A stretch of DNA of 63,782 nt, filler included, from Folioceros fuciformis (lineage: Eukaryota): the NCBI GenBank assembly GCA_049999805.1. It is 13 parts of 13 records of this genome, joined end to end, with 100 filler letters (N's around TTAATTAATTAA, not from the genome) between each part and the next. Parts side by side here need not be neighbours in the genome. Positions count along the whole stretch, not along the records: positions 44,880 to 54,219 come from JBNGIO010003223.1; positions 54,320 to 57,745 come from JBNGIO010003224.1; positions 57,846 to 62,663 come from JBNGIO010003226.1; 10 more parts are not named here. The stretch is one strand, 5' to 3'. Every line of letters begins with the position of its first letter. The first letter of the stretch is position 1. The position numbers and the translations under genes were made by a program. Positions 47,304 through 59,905 of this stretch are shown piece after piece. The notes under the pieces were generated by a model that saw only the letters and a list, made by a program, of their open reading frames with translations, did no database searches and was not told the origin of the DNA.

Positions 47304-50082
47304 ATGGCTGGTTGGCTCACCAGCGTACTGGGAAGAGCGTCAACCCATCTGGCATCAAGGAATCCAGCTTTGGGGCACAACCAAGTCCGGAGATACAGCC
47401 CCTTAGCAACTCAGCCGGGCCGTCCACGAGGATATCGATTCCGACATGGGTTGACCACTGAGGGGCGTCGCCAGGAGACTCTGTGGAGACAGTTTTTCCG
47501 GGACCCCAGACGTTGGAGGCATAACAGAAACAAGAAAACAATCCATTCGCCTGATTTCCGGCACAGAAAGTCCCAGGACGGACTCTGGTTGAGCGATGTC
47601 CACAAGCCCCCTTAGGTGGATGCACAGCTTGCTGCTCTGGATATGGAAAGGGTTCGCGTGGTCTCCGACATTCGGCGGTCACCGGACGACACTGTCTTCT
47701 CACAGGCTTGCAGACGGCTACAGGGGCGTGACAGCAGAAACCGTACGGAAGCTATGCCTTGAGGGGCACCTGACCGAGGCTGTCGAGGCTCTGGAGGTTC
47801 TTGTGCAGACAACCTGTGCCATGTCCAAGTCTCTATTTTACACAGTCCTGATGAAATGTGTTGCGAAGAAGGAGCTTGTTCTGGGTAGCCGCGTTCATGA
47901 TTGCACGGTGGTAAAGGGTTTTACCAGTCAGACACTTTCCTGGGTTTTCACATCCTGCGAATGTATGCTGCTCATGGCAGGTTGCGAAAGGCCAGGATTG
48001 TTTTTGAGGCTGTCGCCAAACCTGATTGTTTCACATGGTCTGCCATTATCTCTGCCCATGTTAAGCAAGGGCAAGATAAGCAGGCCATAGAACTGTACCA
48101 CAGGATGCGTAGGTCCGGTGTGAAGCCCGACGGGTATGTGTTTGTGGCAGCCCTTCAGGCTTCAGCAAGGGGTTCAGACCTGAAAACTGGGCAGCAGGTG
48201 CACGAGGATGTGTTGGCCAGTGGTGTTGAGGCGGATCTGTTCGTTTATAGTTGCCTGGTGGACATGTATGCGAAGTGTGGTAGCTTGGAAGATGCTCGGA
48301 GAGTGTTTGACAGCCTGGGGTACAAACATGTGGTGACTTGGACTGCAATGATCGCAGGGTATTCTCAACAGGGCATGGGGCAGGAAGCCCTTCGTCTCTA
48401 CAGTGCGATGCTAGAGGAAGTCATCGTCGTACCAGACTGCGTGACGTTCGTGTGTCTACTTCAGGCGTGTGCGAGTGTGGGTGCCCCAGCGTTGGAAAAG
48501 GGGGAGCAGCTCCATGCTCGGATAAGAGAACAAGGACGTGAAAATGATGTGTATGTAGCCAACAGTCTGGTGACCATGTATGCAAAGTGTGGCACCGTGA
48601 AGGACTCGCAAAGAGTGTTTGACGGACTTGGTCAAAAAAATCTGGTGACCTGGAGTGCCATGAGCAAGGTATTCCCAGCAAGGGATGGGGCAGGAGGCCC
48701 TTCGTCTGTACAGTGCTACGCAAAACGAGGGCATCGCTGAACCTGATTGCGTGACATTTGTTTGCCTCCTGCAGGTATGTGCAACTGTGGGTAGCCCAGC
48801 TCTGGAGAAGGGGAAGCAGCTCCATATGCAGATTAGAGATTAAGGACAGCAAGCTGACGTGTTTATAGCCAACACCTTGGTGAACATGTATGCAAAGTGT
48901 GGCAGCTTAGAAGACGCCCAAAGTGTCTTTGATGAACTTGTTCAGAAAGATGTGGTGACATGGACGGCCATGATAGCCGCATATTCCCAGCAGGGCATGG
49001 GACAAGAAGCCCTCCGCCTCTACAGTGCCATGATCGAAGAAGGCTTGACCGTACCCAATGCCATGACGTTTGTCTCCCTCAGACAAGCATGTGCAAATGT
49101 TGCAGCCTTGTATCTGGGAAGGCTGTTACATGTACAAGTTGTGGAAAAAGGGCTTCAAGCTGACGTGTTTGTAGCTGGCAGCTTGATTAACATGTATGGA
49201 AAGTCCGGGAGCATGGTTGAGGCACAGCAGGTTTTTGATGCGCTGCCCGAAAGAAATCTTGTGATCTGGAATGCACTGATTGCAGGATACGCCGGTCAAG
49301 GAGAGTCTGATCTCGTTTTTAAATTGGTCCAGAGCATGAGACAGGGTGGGATACAGCCCGAAGGCATCACATTCCTTAGTGTACTGACCGTCTGCAGTCA
49401 TGCGGGTAGAGTGAAGACGGAAGACCACTACACATGCACGGTAGATCTCCTGGGCCGAGCAGGACAACTGAAAGAGGCACTAACTTTGGCAAGGTCAATG
49501 TCTTTAGTGCCCGATACTGTAGTTTGGCAAACATTACTGGGTGCGTGTCGAAAATGGAACGACGTCGAGGTGGGACGTCATGCCTTCAACGAAGCTGTGA
49601 AGCTAGAAAAACAAGATGCTGCCGCGTACGTGTTGATGGCAAACATTTACACCTGTTCCCAGTTGTGTCAGCAGGCAGAGGAGATGCAGGCGAGGAGAAA
49701 GAGAGTGAGGTCATGGAAACAGCCAGTTCAGAGTTGGTGGGGAGATGAGGATGAAGGGGTGCATAGCTTTTTGGTTGGGCATAAGAAGCACCCCCGAAGT
49801 CAAGCAAGGCTGAAGCAGGTTTTGGCTAAAACGAAGAAAGAGGGACCAGTGCTGCAGCTACACTCCTTACCGGCTCACACACATTTTGACAGAAATCTAT
49901 GCAGCCAAAGCAAGAAGCTGTCTACAATACATGCCCTAAACTTCATGTTCCATAGTCGGTGTGAGAAATGTGCGGATCTGAGTCGTTTGTCACGCTCCCA
50001 CGACATGAATGTGGGAAGGATTAAATCGAACTTTCAACTTAAGTTAGGCACGTCGTTTACATCTGTGCGTGCTGAGCCGTAG
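47304..50082 (+). pseudogene. PLS-E(+)/degenerate-DYW pentatricopeptide repeat gene with an N-terminal OSB-type PDF motif; disrupted
   Basis: PLS repeats (LVDMYAKCGSLEDARRVFD, VVTWTAMIAGY, PDCVTFVCLLQACA), HYTCTVDLLGRAG, W.TLLGAC, AYVLMANIY and a PG-box variant. Stops at 47613 and 48841, and frameshifts near 47700, 47920 and 48670. Confidence 0.9.
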
Positions 50083-51207
50083 ATGCTGGCTGTCTTTCGA
50101 GATTTGCTGAAGGCACGTTTAACGCTCCGACATAAACCCGCCCGTTCGCGTATCCTTCTGGGACAACAAACCTCTTCATCGGAGAGGAAATTGAGACATT
50201 CAACAGGATGAAGACGACCTGCATATGTGAAGGCAGAATATCCCACCTTCGAATGCTTCCGTTGGGCTCTGCGGCTGCCATCGTGCTATCAGTTCCCAAC
50301 CTTGTCCTCCCTTGTGTTGAAGTTTTTCACGGGATAGAAAAGGATTGGATCGACCCACGGCCAACAGGCCATGCGTGCACAAAACAAACTAGACTGTATC
50401 ACACAAAACAAACTACATCAGAGGAGAAAAACAATAGACTGTAACACAGCCTTCCCCTCTGAAATTATCTACTGTGTCACCACCCTCTTCTATGTTCAAA
50501 GACGAGACAGAACTAGGGCTCTAGCAGTGCTCTCCGCATCCTCTGCACCCAAATTACAACTAGAGCCATGCCTGTGTTGTCCGAATCGACTGTATCTAAT
50601 TGTCAAGGCCGCCATACACGATACCCGCAAACGAATCCACACGCCCTCAATCTAGTTGTCATTTAGGCGATATCCACAACAGCACACAAGCCGGCCTCCA
50701 AGCTGCATTGATGCCCAATGCTGGTCACTGAATACAAGGTCACACTCGGAGTGACGACGGATCACAAGATAACACACGAAGTCAACACGGATCACATGGC
50801 GACACAGAAGGAATCCTTGTCATGTAGTGACCCCCTTCAGACCCCTCAGAAAGATCCCACAAGGGTACCATGTTGTCCCCAAATGGCAGATTCAAAGCTG
50901 CTCCAGACGCACGGGCGGTAGCTAGCCATCAGGCTATAAGCCATGACAGTCTACAGGCTGCTCGATAACAAGACGTTCTGAAATGGTCTGTAGACTGCGC
51001 CTCTCACACATTGCCCAAAGGCAGTCGCCTCGCCAAGGCTGCGGAACCTGCAGGACTGACGCGAGCGCCAACCGCTCCCCGTCTCACACTTGTTCTCTAG
51101 TTTATAATATGTCGCCAGGTCTTTTTGTGTAACATTGAAGCTACAAGTAGCTGGCGAAGCAAAGAACTAAAAATTGCTGGCATTTCGTGACCTTCTGGAG
51201 AGAAACC

Positions 51208-51849
51208 ATGGTGCAGCAGGAGGGTACAGTGGCGCAGGCCTACGTCCGTGAGGTCACACGGCAAGACGTGAGTATCCTTGCCAGCCTCGTTCGGCAGCTA
51301 GCTGTTTTCGAAAACCTCACCGACATATGCACCTTCACGGATGACGGGTTGGAGGAGGCACTGTTCAAGCTGCCGCCCTACCAAGGACCAACTGCGCTGC
51401 TGCTGGAGGTGAGCAGGGGCACTCCTGCCTTGGCTGCTACCGATGCATCCGTCTCGGAGGGCTTCCAGGCGGCGTCTCACGAGCTTGAGTTGGATGCGCC
51501 AGTAGCGGATGCGGAAGAGGAGGAGTTCCGGTCCGCAATCTACCCGGACCGCGTTGTAGTTGGCTACGTGCTCTTCATTCGCAACTTTTCCACTTTTCTA
51601 GCTAAGAGTGGATTCTACATCGAGGACATCTATGTGCGGGAGCCCTACCGGAAGAAGGGCTTAGGTACCATTCTCCTGCGCACGGTGGCAACCGAAGCCT
51701 TGAAGCACGGGGCTGGGAGGGTGGAGTGGTGTGTGCTGGATTGGAACGTGAATGCTATCAAGTTCTACGAAAGCATGGGAGCCGATGTTTTGCCCGAGTG
51801 GCGCATTTGCCGTCTTACTGGAGATAAACTGAACGCATACTCCGGATGA
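51208..51849 (+). CDS. GNAT N-acetyltransferase, NATA1/diamine-acetyltransferase-like; intronless, 213 aa
   Basis: LVRQLAVFE, NFSTFLAKSGFYIEDIYVREPYRKKGLG, GRVEWCVLDWNVNAIKFYESMGA. Confidence 0.92.
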   Translation: MVQQEGTVAQAYVREVTRQDVSILASLVRQLAVFENLTDICTFTDDGLEEALFKLPPYQGPTALLLEVSRGTPALAATDASVSEGFQAASHELELDAPVADAEEEEFRSAIYPDRVVVGYVLFIRNFSTFLAKSGFYIEDIYVREPYRKKGLGTILLRTVATEALKHGAGRVEWCVLDWNVNAIKFYESMGADVLPEWRICRLTGDKLNAYSG

Positions 51850-52800
51850 GAGTTGTTGCAGTTCTCCGAAGCCTTGCAAGGTGTGGTGACTTGAGGGGTC
51901 GGTATTCCCTTTCATCCACCCTCCTGTTTGCAGCTGGAACCTTGTGTTCATGAGGTCTATGTGAGACCTTTGTGTGATCTGTAGATCACTGAGTTCTAAA
52001 TAGTATGAGCTGCGGTTATTGGCTGTATTTTGGGCCAATGCCCAGTTATTCAAATCTGAAGAACTGCGGTATTGTTTTCATTACAAGAGTACACTGCTTC
52101 GCCCATTTGCAAAATACAGGTGACAAGTCCTAATACCGGGAGTACAGCGCGACAATATCGAGACAGACGGTTCCGTGACACCGAATCCAACTTTCGACAC
52201 CCAAAAGACGTGCAACAATCATCTATTCAAGGCCGCATGCAACTCCACAGGAGTGCCGTCGAACTGCTTGTCACCTGACACGTCCTCCAGAACGCGATAC
52301 AACATTCTATGGCATAACAAGGAATGCCAAAAAATGAAACAGGACTCATGTAGTCCTGGATTAAGGATTCAGCTGAGGAACAGGAAGAACTGCTGGTATC
52401 AAGCAGGCCACCGGTCATCCCTGTAAGAACCAGCGCACGTACCATCCTCATAAGTGCTCACAGCACTGGCCCAGGCCCTGATGAATTAGGCCACATGCAC
52501 AACAGGTGCAAAGCACTTACAGCTACATCGCATGCACACCCTCTTAGCAAGCAATACGACAAGGAATGAACGGCCTTACCTGCTCAATTCCTTCAGACTC
52601 CTCGCTACCTCCAGAAATTGTCCACTATATGTGAATTCAGTACGTAGTCGTACATTTACAGATGCACACCACAGCTCAGTCTTCACGCCAGAGCTAATAG
52701 AGGTGGGCTTTGGGTCTTGGCTGCAGGTGTCAATGCTGACAACATTCCCAAAAACTCGAATGTCGTCAGAGCTAGCTTGTAATAAAGAGTTACTATGGGT

Positions 52801-54158
52801 TCACCGCCGGTACTGGTTTTGCTGCCTTGACCCAGGGTTCCTATCTCGATCGTTGCTTTCCCTATTTGCTTGTCTTGGGTCAAGCATGTTAAAACTGTTG
52901 GACCTCCCTGCCTGCTGCTGGACCTGAGCGACGCCCCTTCCTCTGACCCAAACATTTGGGGCCAAAGGTTGAGATACTTGTGAATGCTGTACAGGAGGAA
53001 GCTGTGAGAGCTGACCTCCACGACCCATAAACCCTGTTCCGCCATGCGGTGGTCTAGGTACCACATGGTGGGGTTGGTGTACCTGCTGGACTTGCTGTGG
53101 TTGATGGGGCTGCCCTGAAGCACTGTAGTAGCCATTGTTGGCAGGGTAAGCTGACCGGGAGTACTGCTGAGGGGTTGCTACATTTTGGCCACCAGAATAG
53201 CCTGCTCCTGCAGCTCCAGTCGACCCACTACCGTAATTGTTACCATACACCCCACCATATGGTGAAGAGAAGCCCTCAAATCCCGGAGGACCAGCAGGGC
53301 CAGGACGAGCCCTACCCAATGGCGCAGCATGACCAGACTGCTGATACAGTCCAGGCATGCCCAGAATACCAACTCCAGTCCCCATCATAGATTGCTGACT
53401 CTGCCGCCGCAGCATATGCAAAGCACCACCCGTGGAGTTCTGCCTGGATTGTAAGCTATTAATCAATAGACGACGGGCGGCATCTCCTAGCACTGGCTCA
53501 GAAAGCGCACCGGATACAGGTTGCCTGCAACGAGTTGAATAACAAGACTCAGAAACCCTTGACGGTCGGATAAGAAAGGATTCACAAGTTCACAGAAACC
53601 TGACGACAGAGTACAATACCTGTCATGGACATTATTTCTACGATAGCCATTCTCCTCATGCCATAGAGGTTGCAACCTCACATCTTGTTCAGAAATGCTC
53701 TGGACATTAAAAAAAAAAAAAGTGACTGGTGACGTGAGCCCATGATCAGACAGATGCAGTTCTTTTGTGATGTCAGAGCTGTTCGTAGAGCAGAGAAATC
53801 TACAATTATCCAAACAATCCATGTAAATCCCATGTACGATCCATACGATCTACCTTCTTTGGCAGGATAACCCCCTCAGGAGGCCTTGTAATGTGTCTGT
53901 GATGTGGAGGCAACTTATATATAACAGACCTACACAAGTCACACGCTCCACGATTTCAGCGACAGCTATCTCCAAGGTCCGGAGATGGTGAACTCTAGGG
54001 GTCCACTATAATATTACATATTATAACAAATCCAACACAATATGGTCACTTACAGGACTGCATTGCATGATATACTCGCCATCCCTTCCACCGGTGATGG
54101 AAACGTTGCGGGACAAGCCTCGCCAGCACACAAGAACATAAATCCGTTCATCCCACCA
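52801..54158 (-). CDS. XRN3: 5'-3' exoribonuclease XRN2/XRN3, last 4 exons (5' part not in contig)
   Basis: Spliced peptides GGMNGFMFLCAGEACPATFPSPVEGM, VIYKLPPHHRHITRPPEGVILPKK, PLWHEENG, LGDAARRLLINSLQ, then a Gly/Gln/Tyr-rich tail. These match the plant XRN3 C-terminus; GT-AG introns present. Confidence 0.85.
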
Positions 54159-57116
54159 CTGCACAGATTTCTCAAGGAGTTGGAATTGCACAACCATCCA
54201 TCAACCATCAATGCAAAACNNNNNNNNNNNNNNNNNNNNNNNNNNNNNNNNNNNNNNNNNNNNTTAATTAATTAANNNNNNNNNNNNNNNNNNNNNNNNN
54301 NNNNNNNNNNNNNNNNNNNGCATGTGGAGTCCACATCAATTAACCTAATTAGCACAAGGAAAAATGACCATAAAATAAAGAAAATTAGGGAAAATAATTA
54401 GAAAAAGAAAACCAAATCATACCACGATTAACTATTTTTTAACCAAAACAACTCACTACCCCAAACTTTGGAGGTTCACACCTACCCACAATACCTGGGC
54501 TGTTTTACGTGGTTGCTATCGCATTTAACTGCTCCAGTCTTTGGGTTCTTTCATCCATTCCCAAATGCCTTCTTAGAACCTAGAAGAACCAAAGATGACA
54601 GCAACACATGCAAAGAACAGGGCACTCTTAGCAATTTGATGGAATTGTCCTGCGGTTGACGAATGTAAGTACCTCCTCTTCCGTTGGAGTGTGCAACGCT
54701 TGAAGCATTGTATTGACCTTCTAGAGTGTGAACAACGTGCCTATCCTTAGTGCGACACTATCTCTTTTCCGCACAAAGGCACTCCCTTCTTCAACAAGTA
54801 ATCATGTCGACTCCTATTGGTTAGAAGAATCAGTGCTAAAGATAAATGGCTTTTGGAAATGGCTGCCTCATGGGCCTAATGTCTTTGCACTCAATGCCTC
54901 TGAGAGTCTGTATGAATGTGTCACCTTAGTGCCATCATTGACTTAACTAGTGGTTCTCGATGACTTACTCATTAATGGCCGCGATATAGCTAAGCTATGG
55001 GGAGGTTGCTTTGAATAGTAACTTTCTTTCTTATTAAGAGATGACAAGACGGGTTAGGGTTTCTACATAGTGGACGATTAGCCTATTTTGCATCCCAAGA
55101 ACCGAGGTGTCACCCCTTTTTGTGAACAGGTTTGCGAACAATGGGAAGCATAAGTGGACCTAGCACGATAGGAGCGACACATGGCCTTTACCACTGACAC
55201 CTACCTACTAGCTCCCATCACCAGCTTTCAACTTGCAACTATGGAAGACCTCAACCTCCTCCTTTGTTTGTCTGCTTGTTGCCCAAGTTCAGTGCTGCCC
55301 ACATTTGCAGAAGGCGCCTTTTGTGGGCTAAGCACGGCAACGTGGTGCTAGCAGAAGAAGAACATTGAAGGAGGAATGGCTAATCCCAACCAAATGCTCT
55401 GCCCTTGAGGAAAGCCCAAGCCGGTGGCAAGAAGCAATCATCACAGGGCCCTGAAGCACAAGAGACAAGCGAGGATGCTTCGAGACAAGGAAGAAGCAAG
55501 GCACATATCACACCACTGGAAACACCCCTCCTACACCTACTGAAGGGGTGAATTCTTCTCGATCACAGAGTCACCAGTCATGACGTGCAAACAACAATCG
55601 AGGGAAGGAATCAAGTGGAGATGGGGAGCAACCAAGCCAATGGCAAAGAGCTCCACCTCTTGTCCAATCTCCTTACAATTACAAAGACACAATGATGTTG
55701 AAACGTTTGTTGGCGCAAATGCAGGTGACAGACTTGGTGGAGAAAAATTGGTTGCTTGTGTACGAGGAATCAGAGGATGATGGGGAATTATGGACTCCCC
55801 TGTACAAGCTTTTTGTCATGGGGATTGAAGGTGCTTATCCAACCCAACGAGCTAGAGTTGGCTGGTTGATTTGAGCCAATTTGGAGATGAACACAGGAAG
55901 AGATCCGGAGGGTTGCCTTCTATGCTCTACGAAGCCTTTCCAATTCACCGAATTGGATACAAAGGTCAAGAGGTACAAGTGATTTCATGTTGCCTTTAAT
56001 GGCATGATCCAACGCAGGTGCCAGCTTGAATGTATTGTGGACATGTTCATCCAGTGTAGAAATCATCTTGTAGGGATTAGCCAAGGCAATGCCTAGATCT
56101 AGTGCTTGTGCGCCAAAATCACACAAACAGTGCAGGGCCATATAAGAGCTATGGTAGTCCGCATATCAGCCCTATGGGCGTAAGGTGTGGCTGAGGAGGT
56201 GGTAAGCGAGCTAGAGAGTGAGATGGGACCTTTAGATGGGGTTGACGACCCAACTCCAATTATGCTCGAGCACTCAAACACAGAGGATGATAGGCAAGCT
56301 TCTAGGGAAGATATTCCAGATCGAGAAGTGTTTGCTGATTACCCCGAGATGGGGCATGTGTTGAAGTCCCCATGGTGCGCTACAAGCTAGAGACACAGCA
56401 TGGGTGGTGGCAGGCCGGCGTCCACGAGCAGGAGGCAAGGTTCCAACATTTGGAGACCCCAGACCCAAACCGGTTTGTCTAGATCCAGAGACAGGGTGAG
56501 GGGGCTGGGTGTCGTCCAGCCAGCGCCCAACCTCAGAGGTCAGGGGGGGACACACTCTACTGGGAGGGGGCTAATTGGGCTAGCTGGTGCTAACTCGAGG
56601 CAATCCAAGGGATCCAACGCACATACATATGCGAGCTGGGAACAAATAGGAGGGAAACGAAGGGGTAGAGTGAAATGGGATGCCGAAAACAAAACAGATG
56701 GAATCAGCCAAAAGAAACCAAAGGGACGAAGTGGAAGTGGGGGCCCTCGATCCTTAGAGGCCATAACGACAATACACGTGACCACAGATGAGGAGCGGTT
56801 AGAGGAAGCTAAACGAGAAGAGGATCAGCTTACTCGCCTACGAGAATGCGCATATGAGAAGAAGGTAGTCCCAGAAACTATGTGGGTGAAGTTGGAGAAC
56901 CTCAAGCCCACATCGTACCTCACACTGGATGCGCAAATAAGAAAAGTGGATGAGGCTTGGACAAACTTGTGGGCAAGCGGGTATGGTATCCCTACCAGAC
57001 ACCCGCTCACATGTATTGTGGCCACATCAATCCCACGGTCGTTATAGGCTTCCCCGGAATCGCTCCCCTCTAAGCCTCGTCAGCTACGTATATCGTTCCC
57101 CTACAATAGTCACCCC

Positions 57117-57660
57117 TCCCAATCATGTACCTACCAATCCTGCAACACGTCCAATTAGTAGGTAGGCACCATTCCTTCACTTGGAAGGGCCCAAGTACCT
57201 CCCCCTACCGATTTCTACCTCCCAATCACGTACCTACCAATCCTGCAACACGTCCAGTCAATAGGTAGGCACCATTCCTTCACTTGGAAGGGCCCCAGTA
57301 CCTCCCTACCGATTTCTACCTCCCTACACTCAATACCTTTTCCTCACAAGACTCCCTACAACACCTGCCTCACCCCACAATCTAGCTGCTTGTCTCCCTA
57401 CTCCCAATGACCAAATTTTCCTCCGAGCCTGCTACGCTCCCCCAAATTGTGTTTATCGCTCACCTTCAACATTCAACCTTTCCTAACACATACCGTCAAC
57501 ACGTCCAGTCGTTAGGAAGGCACCATTCCTTCACTTGGAAGGGCCCCACTACCTTCTCCTACCAATTTCTAACTACCTACACCCAACACCCCTTCCTCAC
57601 AAATCTCCTCGCAATACCTTCCACAGCGATCCAACTGCTCATCTCCCTACGTTCAACACT
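57117..57660 (+). repeat. Three diverged copies of a ~100-200 bp pyrimidine-rich unit
   Basis: CAACACGTCCA...GGCACCATTCCTTCACTTGGAAGGGCCC at about 57143, 57246 and 57497. Confidence 0.85.
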
Positions 57661-59249
57661 CCCAACCAGACACCACAAGAACCTTTGCAATTGGCAATAG
57701 AAAGGGCACTCGCAGCTCCCCCTTCCGCCAGGATGTCCACGCAGGNNNNNNNNNNNNNNNNNNNNNNNNNNNNNNNNNNNNNNNNNNNNTTAATTAATTA
57801 ANNNNNNNNNNNNNNNNNNNNNNNNNNNNNNNNNNNNNNNNNNNNGCTATTATTCTCCAAGTTGGAGAACTTGGGCAGCTGTAACTATTCAATTTGCTTG
57901 GCTAAAATATTTACATAAGCATGGGAGAAGTAGAAAGAAAATTAGAAATATAGAATCATGTCCAAGTACTATCATATCTCCTATTCCTCCTCGGAAGAAA
58001 AGTTTACTTGGTAAAACTCCTTCTGAGCAACTCCACAAGTTTAAAGAGATAGCTCATTTTTTCCACCTGAAACCAAATTTCTTTTAAAACGTTTTAATTC
58101 ATGCATGGTCATAAAGGGTTTTGTGTTTGAAAGGAATATGTTGATCATAATAGTAACTCAACGTGACAAAAATGAGATGTTATGTTCTAGGGTCCTATAG
58201 GTATGTATTCCCAAGTCCCAATAGAAATGTAGATTAATGCATGGAACAATGGCAAGAGAGTTGATTATTATCGTAGCTTTGGAAGGTGGAGCGTTCGGCG
58301 TCGAGCAAGGCGACAAGGAAGCAAGCTATTTTGGAGTAAGAGAACTCAACTTCACCGGAGTGGGGAGCGGGCCAACGAGTCCAACTGGGCAACTCACCGG
58401 GTCGGTGAGCGTGTTGCACTAGTAGGCGACTCCGTCGAGGGGAACGGGTGTCGCGAGAGAGGGATGAGAAGGGGGAAATAGAGCGGGCAGTGGGGCCAAG
58501 TGGGTACGAGAGTGCGGGACAACAGCGGTTCACTCACTGAGTTGGAGTTCTAGAAGAACACATCGGGTTAAAAGCTTACCTTGGGGCTTGGTTCCCATTC
58601 TGTCGTTGCAGTGAGGTCTATCGGGTTCGACCCTCAGACGTCGTGGTCATTCTACAATTCCTACTCATGGCCTCCAAGCTCTGCCGGCAAGAGGGGAATA
58701 GCTCGATAGTTTGTCACGGGGTTGCTCTTATTGTCTAGAAGTGGGCAAGTTCCTCGGTGTAGCGAACAATCGGGGCAGCGACCAAGGGTGGGTGAGACGG
58801 TAGGCAAAGTGGGAAGGTGGGAGCATTATGAGACGAACATGGAAAGATCCAAGGCGCCTATGGTGATAGCTGGTCCAGTTTTTATAATAGAAATGGGGAT
58901 GTAGCCCGAATGACAAGCATAAATGCAAAAAGTAATACTAACTATTCTAAGACTTGGGCAGGCTAATCATGCTAGAGGCCAGCTGGCTCACTATCATCAA
59001 ACCTTAATGAGCCAACGGAGGGGTAGGCAGGGTGGGACCAGGGGAGGAGATCACAGGAAATGCCCTTTGTTTTGTGGGAAAAAGGTCGGATTAAGACAAC
59101 TTGCGCTGTGAATAAGAGTACAAGGTGCTACAATAGGGGCGGATGGCCTCTATAGATGTAGAGCTGAATAGGTAATGCTTAAAAGAGCACCTGAAGTAGT
59201 AACTATGGAGTAGGGGTGCCTCAGAGAGGGTTAACAACACAGTTAGGAT

Positions 59250-59905
59250 TCCAAAAAGGCCTTACCCCCTCCAGGGGCACACATAGTTCCATCTCGTCTC
59301 GCTCCCTGGTGCCAGAAAACCAGCTCATCTCCATTCCTTGCACTTAAATTTCCTCGGGGACACTAGCCTTAGACCTTCTGCAGCAATTAATATCTGCCCC
59401 CATATCATCCAGAGCAAGGACTTGATTAACAATGGTTCCTTCCTGCCATAGACCATAGCTGTCCAGTTTATTCATAGACCGGAGAGACAAGAGCTCCACA
59501 ATAGACCCCACCATTGAAACCGGAGTAGTGGCATGCCTAATGATTCCCTAAGGCCAAAAAGAGCAGTCTATTTTGAAACACCAATGTTTGCTATTGGAAA
59601 GAGATGCTACAACCATTTGTAGATCTCCCCCCATACTTCTTAAAGGATGCAAAAAGGAAGAATAAATGCTAACTTTTGTTAGGAACACTAGTGGTGCACA
59701 TCCTGCAAACTCCCTCCCCCGTTGCAACAAGCAAGCCATCCCACCGGTCCGCCATAGGTGGGCAAGCTTGAAAAAAGCACCAAATCAGCAACCTGACCTT
59801 AGGAGGGATGCCAGCTGCCGCCCAAAGAAGTTTGACAATGTATCCATGATTCCCCCATCAATTAAGTCCTCTAGGACTATAGCACAAGGTAGGGCTCTCC
59901 ATTAG
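59250..59905 (-). mobile_element. 5'-truncated LINE 3' fragment (zf-RVT region) related to the element at 31480-36108
   Basis: Minus-strand MADRWDGLLVATGEGVCRMC matches NADRWDGLLVATGEDQCRLC of ORF 31692..32051. Confidence 0.75.
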
